Positions 50,268 to 61,052 of a stretch of DNA of 64,000 bases are shown piece by piece. The position numbers and the translations under genes are program-made. Position 1 is the first letter of the stretch; each line of letters starts with the position of its first letter. The stretch is from Octopus sinensis (taxonomy: Eukaryota), in the NCBI RefSeq assembly GCF_006345805.1, contig NC_043011.1, positions 52,960,464 to 53,024,463 on the forward strand, written 5' to 3'. The notes under the pieces were generated by a model, which ran no database searches, was not told the origin of the DNA, and worked only from the letters and a program-made list of their open reading frames with translations.

Positions 50268-50464
50268 AGTTAATCCAAACAAGAAAACACAACAACGCGA
50301 GGATGTGGAACAAATATAGAATTATTGGGCACTCAGGAAAGAAGGGAAGAAGGAGGGTTTAACGTTTCGAGCGGAGCTCTTCGTCGGCAACATAGGAGAA
50401 GGAAAGATCCAGAGAAGGGAAGACAGAGGAAAAAAAATCGCCAACGGTACACACGAGGTCACAT
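50268..50464 (-). mobile_element. Penelope-like terminal repeat fragment carrying a hammerhead-like motif
   Basis: About 200 bp CpG-rich segment between (TA)n tracts; on - it contains ccgacga-a-gagc-tcc-gctc-gaaacgttaaac. Confidence 0.55.
50357..50391 (-). ncRNA. Minimal type I hammerhead-ribozyme-like motif (degenerate)
   Basis: Core CCGACGA (U4C variant of CUGANGA), one extra A, 4-bp stem II GAGC/GCUC, GAAA, palindromic ACGU stem III; stem I pairs at 3 of 4 positions. Confidence 0.45.
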
Positions 50465-51682
50465 ATATATATAAAGACACCTAGCACATTACATATATAT
50501 ATATATTGCATTTTACCAATGTGATACTAGAAATTAACATGATATATTTTACTACTAGAATATCTGATCCACCAGTAATGATGTAGGTATTATTGAAATA
50601 TATACATAAAAAAATTTGTTAATGAGATTATGAGGATTTACAAAAAAATGCCAAAATAACAAGAAAATAAGAAAATTATATTTATCACTTTCCAAGTATT
50701 ATACAGGTTGATTTCTTTTAACATGTACAATACGCTGTAGTCAGCAATTCACTTGTTATTCTACATTATGTTATCACATTTTCTACAATAAATGCTCTAA
50801 TTTCACAAATGTTACATATATATATATATGTATTCAAAACTACCAAAATATATGTATATTCACATATGAGTACATGGTCTTACAAACAAGTTGCATATAT
50901 TTTCTGAAGATTTTCAAGAAACAGCTGGTCTAGTTTATGCAAAGCTGCACATTTGCAACAAATTTGACACATTCTGTGAAAAAGCTACAAATGTACATAA
51001 AGCATTATTACTCTTTTACTTGTTTCAGTCATTTGACTGTGGCCATGCTGGAGCACCGTCTTTAATCGAGCAACTCGACCCCGGAACTTATTCTTTTATA
51101 AGCAATGACATATGACTGAGACTTTTGGCAATATGCTGTGCTTGAGAAGACTCATCAAACCAAGTGAAATTGTAGTCGTGGATTATGCTGGTGTCATGTA
51201 ACTGGCACCATGCTGGTGGCACATAAAAGCACCCATTACACTCTCAGAGTGGTTGATGTTAGGAAGGGCATCCAGCCATAAAAATAATGCCAAATCAGAC
51301 TGGACAACGGACGTTAAAGGATGATGATTATGATGAAATCCACTCACAAGGCTTTGGTCAGCCTGAGGCTATAGTAGAAGACACTTGTCCAAGGTGCTAC
51401 ATAATTGGACTGAACCCAAGACCACATAACTGAGTGGGAAGCAAACTTCTTACCACACAGCCACACTTGTGCCTATAAAAATGTCAATTTCGTTGGTTTT
51501 GTGTTTATGTTTTCATTTATCATTGTATTTGACGTTCTTTTGGTGTCCTGTACACACATACATATATATGTAAATACATACAAATGTATAAAAAATTATC
51601 AAATAAAAATTTGTGTATCATACTAAATGCATATGCACTCTGAGAAGATAATGTGGAACGAAGACATTCTACAGGAATTTGG

Positions 51683-51870
51683 CCACTTTGCATCCATGAG
51701 GCCCAACACTTGAAAGGAACTCAACCACCTTGCTTCTATGAGGCCCAATGCTCAAAAGGAACTCAGCCACTATGCCTCCATCAGGCCCAATGCTTGAAAG
51801 GAACTCAGCCACTTTGCCTTCATCAGGCCCAATGCTTAAAAGGAACCTAGCCTCTGCGAGGCCCAACATT
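51683..51870. repeat. 42-bp tandem repeat, 4 full units plus a partial
   Basis: ccactttgcatccatgaggcccaacacttgaaaggaactcaa and three variants. Confidence 0.9.
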
Positions 51871-51881
51871 CAACATATATA

Positions 51882-53590
51882 CACTCAATTCTCTTTTTGC
51901 ACAGGGGATATGTTCCAGAGACTACCGTGCAAAATAAAACCAAATAATAAAATATACAGTGTATATATGAAAATTAGAGATAGGTTCCATCCAAATATAT
52001 AGTATTTTTGCTTCATTGGTTTTGAATACAAATTCAGTTATCAGATGCTATGATTTTGTTTTTGTTAGTTCTTTATATGATTCTTCAAAATGTGCCATAA
52101 TCCTTTTCAAATCACATTGGAATTGCACAGCTCGTTCAACATTATCATTTGTAAGAAAATGATTTCCAAGTTTATTAGCTATTTGGAGACCTTCTAGAAT
52201 TGTACTTGCAGGTAGTGGAACCACTTCTTCATCATCACTACTATAAACTAACGTGGAATCATATACATTCTTTGAAATACTCTCTATAATTTGTTCTTCA
52301 TTAGCAGCTTCATCAATTGTTAATTCTTCAAAACCTTCTCTGCCAATCTAATGTGACAAAGTGATGCTATCAGAATGTAATTCGTTCATATTTATATTAT
52401 ATATGAGATTTTTAGGGTTTACACATTCTGGCCAAAGTGATCTCCAGCATGCATTTAGGGTGGATGGCTTTAATTTGGATAAAGCTACGGCTGCATATTT
52501 AACACAATTACAGTAAATTTTTCCATGCTTGAATGATTGAAAGTCTATTATCTTTTTCTAGTTCATCTATAATATATTCAAATGTTTGCTGGATATGATA
52601 TGATTTGAATGTTGAAATTATACTCTGATCAAGCAGTTGAATCAATGATGTTTTAGGAGGCAAGAATACAACTTTTACATTCGAGTGTTCCAAATCTGGA
52701 TGACTGGGTGCATTGTCTATAAACTCAAGCCCTTTTATCTTCTTCAGGAACAAAGCAGTTGTTAAACCATTCAGTAAATATTTCTACTGTTATCCATGAT
52801 TTTTCATTGGCTCTTCCATGAACTGGTAATTTACTTGGTCTTCATTGCATGCGGACGAACTGATCAATTAATTAATCTCTTTTATTTGTTTCAGTCATTT
52901 GACTGTGGCCATGCTGGAGCACCGCCTTTAGTCGAGCAAGTCGACCCCAAGACTTATTCTTTGTAAGCTTAGTACTTATTCTATCGGTCTCTTTTGCCGA
53001 ACCGCTAAGTTACGGGGACGTAAACACACTAGCATCGGTTTCTCAAGCAATGCTAGGGGGACTAACACAGACACACACATATATATATACGACAGGCTTC
53101 TTTCAGTTTCCGTCTACCAAATCCACTCACAAGGCATTGGTTGGCCCGGGGCTATAGCAGAAGACTGAACCCGGAACCATGTGCTTGGTAAGCAAGCTAC
53201 TTACCACACAGCCACTTCTGTTTGGCATTTTTTTTCCCCAAAAGTGACCAGTTTCATCTGCATTGAAAACTTTGAAATGTAACTGCATTCTTCAATTATT
53301 TTGGCTAGTTTTGAAAGAAATACTTCAGCTGCAGTCTTATCTGCCAATGAAATTTCACTTCTTATTCTTATATAATGCAGTGCGTGTCTTTTGAGGAATT
53401 TTGTAAGCCATCCCGTACTTGCAGCAAATTTATTCTTCTTTTTATCACTAGACAGATATAATGCACTCAGTGACTCCAGATCATTGATCTTGTAAAATTG
53501 AAATGCCATCTGCTTTATGGTTTTACCATCTACTGGTATCTTTTTTGATTTTCTTCTATCCATATTATTAAAGCTTTCTCCATTTTGTCT
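51882..53590 (-). mobile_element. Decayed pogo/Tigger DNA transposon with an inserted SINE B (52880-53217)
   Basis: FAASTGWLTKFLKRHALH (HTH_Tnp_Tc5-like) and DNAPSHP...VKVVFLPPKTSLIQLLDQSIISTFK (DDE_1-like); TA plus a MER2-like terminus (ggggatatgttcca) at 51880-51940. Confidence 0.85.
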
Positions 53591-53689
53591 TCAATCAGGT
53601 CTCTTGTATATGACAACCTGGCAGATAATTTTGTTCCAGAAGCTACAGATCTTCTAATGGCAGCACCATTCCTTTCGAAATCGAAATTG

Positions 53690-54120
53690 AACCAATCCTA
53701 TGACTGGCACCCGGCAGATGCCAGGACCCCTGGACTGGTGGTATGTAAAAAGCACTATCCAAATCGTGGCCGATGCCAGCGCCACCTCGACTGGCTTCCG
53801 TGTCAGTGGCACGTAAAAAGCACCATCCAAATCGTGGCCGATGCCAGTGCCGCCTCGATTGGCTTCCGTGCCAGTGGCACGTAAAATGCACCAATCCGAC
53901 CGTGGCCGTTGCCAGCCTCGCCTGGCACCTGTGCAGGTGGCACGTAAAAAGCACCCACTACACTCACGGAGTGGTTGGCGTTAGGAAGAGCATCCAGCTG
54001 TAGAAACATTGCCAGATAAGACTGGAGCCTGGTGCAGCCTCCATGGCTTCCCAGATCCCCGGTCAAACCGTCCAACTCATGCTAGCATGGAGAACAGACG
54101 TTAAACGTTGATGATGATGC
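53690..54120 (+). mobile_element. Family C retroposon with tandem 63-68 bp subrepeats
   Basis: gcacgtaaaa-type anchors at 53741, 53809, 53877 and 53940, then the family C 3' end and a (GAT)n tail. Confidence 0.8.
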
Positions 54121-54959
54121 TGCACTTTTGCCCTTACGAAGATGATCCAAAATATTAATCTGGGTCTCCAAAGAAATTTATGCTCCTTTATTTTTCTTAG
54201 ATGTATCAACCGACATTTTGGGGTAGGTCATCACTGTCATGATTGCAAATTAAAAAAATATAGCAGGGGATGAAACACACAACACGTCTTTCTTATTAGA
54301 CCCAATGCTAATGACTGTTGCTGTGTGCTGTCTGATGGAGCGGTTACATGCAACCAGAGGTGTGTACAGTGCATAGGTCCCACCTACACCAGAGAGTGGG
54401 GGATCACCATACAGAAAAAAATAGACTGGATTCTATTTTACTTTGCTAAATTGTTAATCATGTTATGTAGAATTTTGGTGTCACACAAGGACAAATGTTT
54501 AAACTGTATTCAAGTGAAAAAAAAAAAATCATTTCTTTTTATTGGACCATGTTATTTCAAAACAATGAAGAAAGAGAATTGTGTGTGTGTGTGTGTGTCT
54601 TTGTATGTCCCTGACCATAAGCTAGACAACCAGTGTTAGGTTGTTTATGTTCCTGTAATTTAGTGGTTCAGCAAGACATCAAGTGAATAAATACCAGACA
54701 CAAAAATAAACACTGGGGTCAACTAAATCCTTCAAGGCAGTGATTCAGCCTTCTTCAAGTCCAGCTGAGTGGACTGGAGCAATGTGAAATAAAGCGTCTT
54801 GCTCAAGGTCACAATGCACAGCCAGGAATTTAACTCAGCACCTTAACAATCACGAACTGAATACCCAATCACTAAACCATGCGCCTTCACTGAACTCAAT
54901 AACAACAACAACAACAACAAAAAAAAAAAGACAACAAAGTAATAATTACCAAGAGATTG

Positions 54960-54965
54960 TTTATT
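54960..54965 (-). promoter_or_regulatory. Candidate polyadenylation signal for NOLC1
   Basis: TTTATT on + (AATAAA on -) about 190 nt after the stop, followed on - by a T/GT-rich tract (54900-54935). Confidence 0.6.
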
Positions 54966-55155
54966 AAAAATAAAAGCAAGTTCAGGAATATTATGGAAGT
55001 GATGATGGTTGTGGTGACAGCAATGGAATGAGGATAATCTAAGAATTACTGGGGGATATGGATTTGGAACAAATTCACAATAAGCCACCATTGGTGATTA
55101 TGGAGGAAACTGTCTGGTTGAAAATAGCCTCAGATGAAATTTGGATAAATATATC

Positions 55156-55308
55156 TTAGTCAAATTTTATAGAATTGACAGTCATGTCAATTTGGCCACC
55201 TTTGTAACTACCCCGTTTGTTCTTGGTCTTTTGTTGGCGGAAACCTTTACCACGAGTGAATTTCAGCTTGTCATTGGCTTTCGCTCCCCAGGATCCAGAG
55301 GCGCCTCT
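55156..55308 (-). CDS. NOLC1: Nopp140/NOLC1 terminal exon, second half of the SRP40 C-terminal domain
   Basis: ttcttcttccag|AGA GGC...TTT GAC TAA; RGASGSWGAKANDKLKFTRGKGFRQQKTKNKRGSYKGGQIDMTVNSIKFD matches the conserved [50 protein letters not shown]. Confidence 0.96.
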   Translation of the reverse strand, partial: RGASGSWGAKANDKLKFTRGKGFRQQKTKNKRGSYKGGQIDMTVNSIKFD

Positions 55309-55578
55309 CTGGAAGAAGAAAAAGAAAAAAAAAAAAGATAGGAAATTCAGATTCATATAATTTAAAGGTAGCCATAATATTGATTTCAAATTTTGGCACA
55401 AGGCCAGCAGTTTCAGGGGAGGGGATAAGTTGATTACATTAACCCCAGTGCTCAACTGGTACTTATTTTTATCAACCCTGGAAAAATGAAAAGCAAAGTC
55501 GGCCTCAGTAGAAATTGAACTCAGAACCTGAAGGCAGATGAAACGCCACTAAGCATTCTGCTTGGCATGCTACCTTAA

Positions 55579-55756
55579 CCCTTTTGTTACTGTATTTATT
55601 TTGAGATGCTCTGTGTTTCTTTTAATTATTATAAATATAACAAAGTGTCAGGAACATAAATTGTGGCTAAGGTGTTTGGTGGAAGATTTTAATTCAAAAC
55701 TTATGAAAACAAGACATTTGTACAACAGAGCCAGAGTCAGGTCAGTAACGAAAGGG
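55579..55756. mobile_element. TTAA-flanked MITE, family P1
   Basis: ttaa|cccttttgttac ... gtaacgaaaggg|ttaa; internally shorter copy. Confidence 0.8.
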
Positions 55757-56230
55757 TTAAAGGAGGCAGCCATAATATTGCCAGCAGTAGTTAACAACTT
55801 CTGAACATGGTTACAAGCATTGCAGAATCATTTCTTACACATTTACAATGATAAATGAGAATTTATCTAACACATATATATATACAAATAAAAGAAAAAC
55901 GAACATGTCATAATAATAATCCTTTCAACTATAGACACAAGGCCCAAAATTTTGGGGGAGGGGGGCTAGTTGATTACATCGACCCCAATAGGATAAAAGG
56001 CAAAGTTGAGACCATGGCAGAATTTGAACTCAGAACGTGAAGGCAGATGAAATGTCACTAAGCATTCTGCCTGGCATGCTAACGATTCTGCCAGCTCACC
56101 GCCTCGTCAATAATGATAATAATAAAACAAGATTGAATTGAATCTAGAAGGACAAAAGGTCAAGTTGTTCCCTGCTGCCAACTGACCTCAGAACAGTTAG
56201 ACATTCTGCCTGACATCAACAACATCATCA

Positions 56231-56270
<40 letters not shown>

Positions 56271-56852
56271 CGAAGAGGATATTTCTATCCCTAATCTCTC
56301 TAGCTGCAGAATCATTTTAAATAAACATTTGCTGACATGAAGAATGTTCACAATTCTTCAGCAACACTTGTTTAAAACCAACATCTCCAGAGATATTCAT
56401 TTTAATTACAACACAAAACAATTGCTCACACTTTGAAGATTTCCTCTATCATATCAGCAGTTATCTAATTACCCAGTTCCCAACATCTGATGGTATTGGG
56501 TGTGTACAAGAATTATACAAAAACGACCAACATTTTAATGGAGCCAGTGACCTGCCTTCAGGTTAAAATAACGAGGCAAGCAGTTCTTTCCTAATAATTG
56601 GTTGAGACATAATTAAAGATGGTTTCACCAGCATACAATGCTGAAATCAAAGCTCTTCTAGTAAGGAAGAGATGCTTTAACAGAAGGTAGCAACATATAT
56701 TCAAGGGACATCACTATGTTAGTCTTCTTTTACTGTTGGCAAGCACCTCCACCTCTTCTCTCCTCCTTCCACACAATTTGCACCAAATGAACCAACCAGA
56801 AGAGAAGATAAAAAAAAAAAAAAAGCTAAATTAAACACCTGTTTGAACTTAC

Positions 56853-56936
56853 CTTTGCTTCAAAGGAATTGTCTCGAAGTCTAGGATCAATTTCTATATT
56901 CTCAGATATCACTCGCCGGAAAGGAGTTGATTTATG
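56853..56936 (-). CDS. NOLC1: Nopp140/NOLC1 exon, first half of the SRP40 C-terminal domain
   Basis: aaattttcag|CAT...GCA AAG|gtaagt, 84 nt, phase 0-0; HKSTPFRRVISENIEIDPRLRDNSFEAK matches human SSPFRRVREEEIEVDSRVADNSFDAK. Not in the supplied ORF track. Confidence 0.95.
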
Positions 56937-59900
56937 CTGAAAATTTGAAGATGAATCAAAATTAATGGAAGAAATAAATCAAATGCGCAGACTTTTTATT
57001 TTGATTTTTTAAGAGAATTAGATATTTCTACCGGTGGAAATTAGATGGTTATTCATTAATACAAATCCAGTTGCTTCAACATTCCACTTGCAAATATACC
57101 AATATGTAGTTGCACTGCAGTACAGTACAGTACAAAAATCACGAAAATGTAATGCCAAGACGATCTTAAGTATACACATTATGCCCCGCTTATACTACAG
57201 GCTTTTAAATTTGACTATGTCATGGAGATAGGAGTGCCAAGCTGATTCCCTTGGAGAACAGAGTCATAGCAGTTCAGAAAGTCGAGATTTCTTCAATGCA
57301 ACAGAATTCAGCAAGTTACTGAGATTATAGCCAAAACCTATAATGGTTGACAGTCTCCATAGAACAACCTTTTCTAAATTTATGGTTCAAGATATGAATG
57401 AGACAAGCAAACATATATATGCCACACAAACCCTAAAATAATGGTCATTCTCTTAAGGCAAGCCGTTTCCATACCAGAAAGCCAAACTGCTTTATACAAA
57501 GGCCAACAAGTTTAGAGATTAAGAACACAGAAGCATATACCTTAGAATTTCATAAATACAACTGTATTTGAAATAGGGTATGGAAAGGAGAAATAGAACC
57601 CCCCTTTTTTTTGCCCCCATAGTAACCACAAATGAAAGCTTACTGCCCCAGAGACTCCTTTTACTTTAGAAAATAAGGGGTTCTTATTCTCAGTTATGTT
57701 AGAGAAAGCTAATCTAGGTGCTATTAACATTAGGAATGCATTATTAAACAAATGTCTTCCTTGGAACATTTAGCAAAAGCTGCCTCCTGTCCACTGTCAT
57801 AACAACATGGCCTGGAAGCTGGTCAGTTTCTTAATCCTTTAGTATTCAGATTACTCTGTCAAATGAAACACTTATTTATTCACGTTGTTTTGAATTAATC
57901 ATGTAGTATCTCATAGCGTCAAGATTTCAATGATATGATTGTATTTTTTTAGAATGACATTGTAGGGTAGATGGGAGAAGCCAGATCTGGCCAGCTTGAA
58001 CATAAAACAAGTAGAATATTTGGGCTGGATATGGTCAGCTTAAATGCTAAAGATCATTTAGATCACTCGTTCAATCAACTCTTGTCCTTTCTCTCTTCAT
58101 TTTACTATCATCATCATTGTTTAACGTTCATTTTCAGGCTGGAATAGATTTGGACAGTTCGAGAGTAGCTGGCCAGCTGTTCAGACTCCAACTGTCTGTT
58201 GTGGGATGGTTACTATGGCTGGATGCCCATCCTAACCCCAATCACTTTACAGTGTTCTGGATGGTTTTTATGTGCCACAATACTTGTGCACTTATGCATT
58301 TTATGTGGCACTGGCGTGACAGCGATTTTACTTAAGTTTATTAATCAAAAAAAGTTAGACACTTTGTCCCATATAGAAAGAGATGGAAATTTCAATGAGA
58401 TGACCACCACTGTACAACTAATACACATACATAGACATACTATGTTTGGCACGTAAAAAGCACCCACTACACTCACGGAGTGGTTGGCGTTAGGAAGGGC
58501 ATCCAGCCGTAGAAACATTGCCAGATCAGACTGGAGCCCGGTGCAGCCTTCTGGCTTCCCAGACTCCAGTTGAACCGTGCAACCCATGATAGCATGGAAA
58601 GCGGACGCTAAACGATGATGATGATGATGATGATGAATTACCAACTGGCAACACAAAACAGTCTTAAGCATTTAAAACACCAAATACATCCCATGCACAT
58701 ACAGGATGTTTTATTTGCAATCCCAACACCTTATAGCATACAGTACCCCCAAACTAGCCTCATTCATCAGCACAAACACACACACACACTACACAAGGCA
58801 AGAAACTTACAAACACAGCCAACTCATAATTAAACATCATAGCATACCCTGCAAAGATTAGGTACAACAGTCTCTGAAACTGCTTACAACAACAGCAGCA
58901 GCAACAACAACTGTTGCCGATTCAGATATACTTTAGCCTCGAATAATAATTGCTGACAATAACAGAAACACATGCAGTATACCTCTGTGATAATATACAT
59001 ATCACTTATGTTAAATAGTATTTAAAAAGGATAACCCCCATGAGCAATGAGATGGTAGGCATGTGTACTGAGTGTCGTGGCAATATATGTACAGTATATA
59101 AATATATACTCTTTACTCTTTTACTTGACTGTGACCATGCTGGAGCACCGCCTTTAGTCGAGCAAATCAACCCCAGTACTTATTCTATTGGTCTCTTTTG
59201 CCAAACCACCAAGTTATGGGGACATAAACACACCAACATCGGTTGTCAAGCAATGTTGGGGGGACAAACACAGACACGCAAACACATATACATACATATA
59301 TACGACGGGCTTCTTTCAGTTTCTGTCTACCAAATCCACTCACAAGATTATATATATATATATATAAAACAAAGCCCCGATTGTAGTAGCTTGTCACAAA
59401 TTAATTACATTTTTCTTTACTCAAAATCACCCAGAGGCTCTTTCTCGTTAAAGTGTTACTGGAAACAGGAGAGTGGCACCAATGCCACAACCTCACCTTC
59501 CATATACACAACTTTTTACCTTTTACTTGTTTCAGTTATTAGACCGTGACCATGCTGGAGCACACCTTGATGAGTTTTAGTTGTACAAATCAACCCCAGT
59601 ACATTTTTTAAAAATATGGTACTTTTAAGCATTCAACCTGGCCATATCAAGCCCAAATATTCTACTTGTTCAAACTGGTTAAATCTGGCCTTTCACACTA
59701 ACTCTACAATATTATTCATCATCATCATCGTTTAACGTCCGTTTTCCGCGCTAGCACGGGTTGGACGGTTCGACCGGGGTCTGGGAAGCCAGGGGCTGCT
59801 CCAGGCTCCAGTCTGATCTGGCAGAGTTTCTACGGCTGGATGCCCTTCCTAACGCCAACCACTCCGCGAGTGTAGTGGGTGCTTTTTACATGCTACCTGC

Positions 59901-60314
59901 ACAGGTGCCAGGGGCGGTCCGGCATCGGCCACGATCGGTTGGAGCTTTTAACGTGCCAGCGGCACGGAACCCAGCCAAGGCGGCAACGTTCGGATGGTGC
60001 TTTTTATGTGCCACCGGCACATAAAATCAAAACCTCAAAGCTACAAGATATTCTACTATTAGTATAAATAAGCATTACATTTGACAGAGTAGTCTGAATG
60101 CTATAGGAGTTAATTTAGTGGTTTAGCATTTAAACAGACCATATCAGGCCCAAACATTCTAGTTAAACGGACTAGATCCAGCCTCTCACACCGACCCTGG
60201 AATGTCATTCTAAAAATAAACAATCGCAACATTGAAATGCTAAAGCTATATGATAATGTGGAATTAATTCTAAACAAGGTGAATAAACAAGCATTACATT
60301 TGAGAGTAGTTTAA

Positions 60315-60533
60315 CCCTTTAGTATTTAAACCGGCCATATCCGGCCAAAATATTTCATCTGTTTTATGTTCAAACTGACCAGATCCAGGCTCTCACACCT
60401 ACCCTACAATGTTATTCTACATTAAGTAATTACACCATCAAGATCTTGAAGGTAGGAGATAATGCATGATTAATTCAAATCAATGGGAATCAATAGGCAT
60501 TATGTTTGATTGAATAATCTGAACACTAAAGGA
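60315..60533. mobile_element. TTAA-flanked MITE family P2, in tandem with a neighbouring copy (60121-60310)
   Basis: ttaa|ccctttagtatttaaaccggcc ... gaacactaaagga|ttaa. Confidence 0.8.
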
Positions 60534-61052
60534 TTAAAGGAAATAAAGGTAATACAACAGGTAGAGAGTTTATTCCACAGTTCAGCTGTTCTGAAGGAGA
60601 AAGCTATAACAACCTAACTGTATGTATACTGCCACTACTTTTTAGTACATTCACCCAGTGACATTCATCACAGACCCACTGCTGAATACCTAATCCAATC
60701 CATTTAATCTTGCCTTTCCAAAATTTTTGCTTCAACCACTAATCCCACTAAACATCGAAGAGGCCAGGGAACAGAAGAAAGAAGACACGCACTCAACACC
60801 AGAGCTGAAGACACCTCCGAAGGAGGGGTCTCGCCACGTCAAAACGGTAGAGGAGTAGGGGCCGAAACCAGACAGGGTTCCTCCTGATGATGTCTTGAGC
60901 TAACTGGATCCTATAAAGGAGCTGTTGTGGTAGCAGACCACGAAACACGGTTGTAATCCCCTCTTCAATTATTCCTATATCCATCCATCAAGGGAAACTC
61001 TATTTGTTACAACACCTGCTGTTGAAAGAAAAATAATAATCTAAATACCTAC

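Noticed and set aside
51683-51870. CRISPR-like appearance of the 42-bp array
   Set aside because: Units are contiguous with no unique spacers, the context is eukaryotic, there are no cas genes, and the unit derives from a retroposon.
57215-57361. H/ACA snoRNA candidate (atggaga/tctccat stem followed by ACA on -)
   Set aside because: No ANANNA H box at the expected position, and the closing stem spans the whole 140 nt rather than a second hairpin.
60582-60671. C/D snoRNA candidate (GTGATGA...CTGA on -)
   Set aside because: No terminal stem adjacent to the boxes, and the D-box region overlaps a LINE-like FSFRTAELWNKL remnant.
60884-60950. Hammerhead core words CTGATGA...GAAAC on +
   Set aside because: Stem II does not close next to GAAA and no stem I can be formed.
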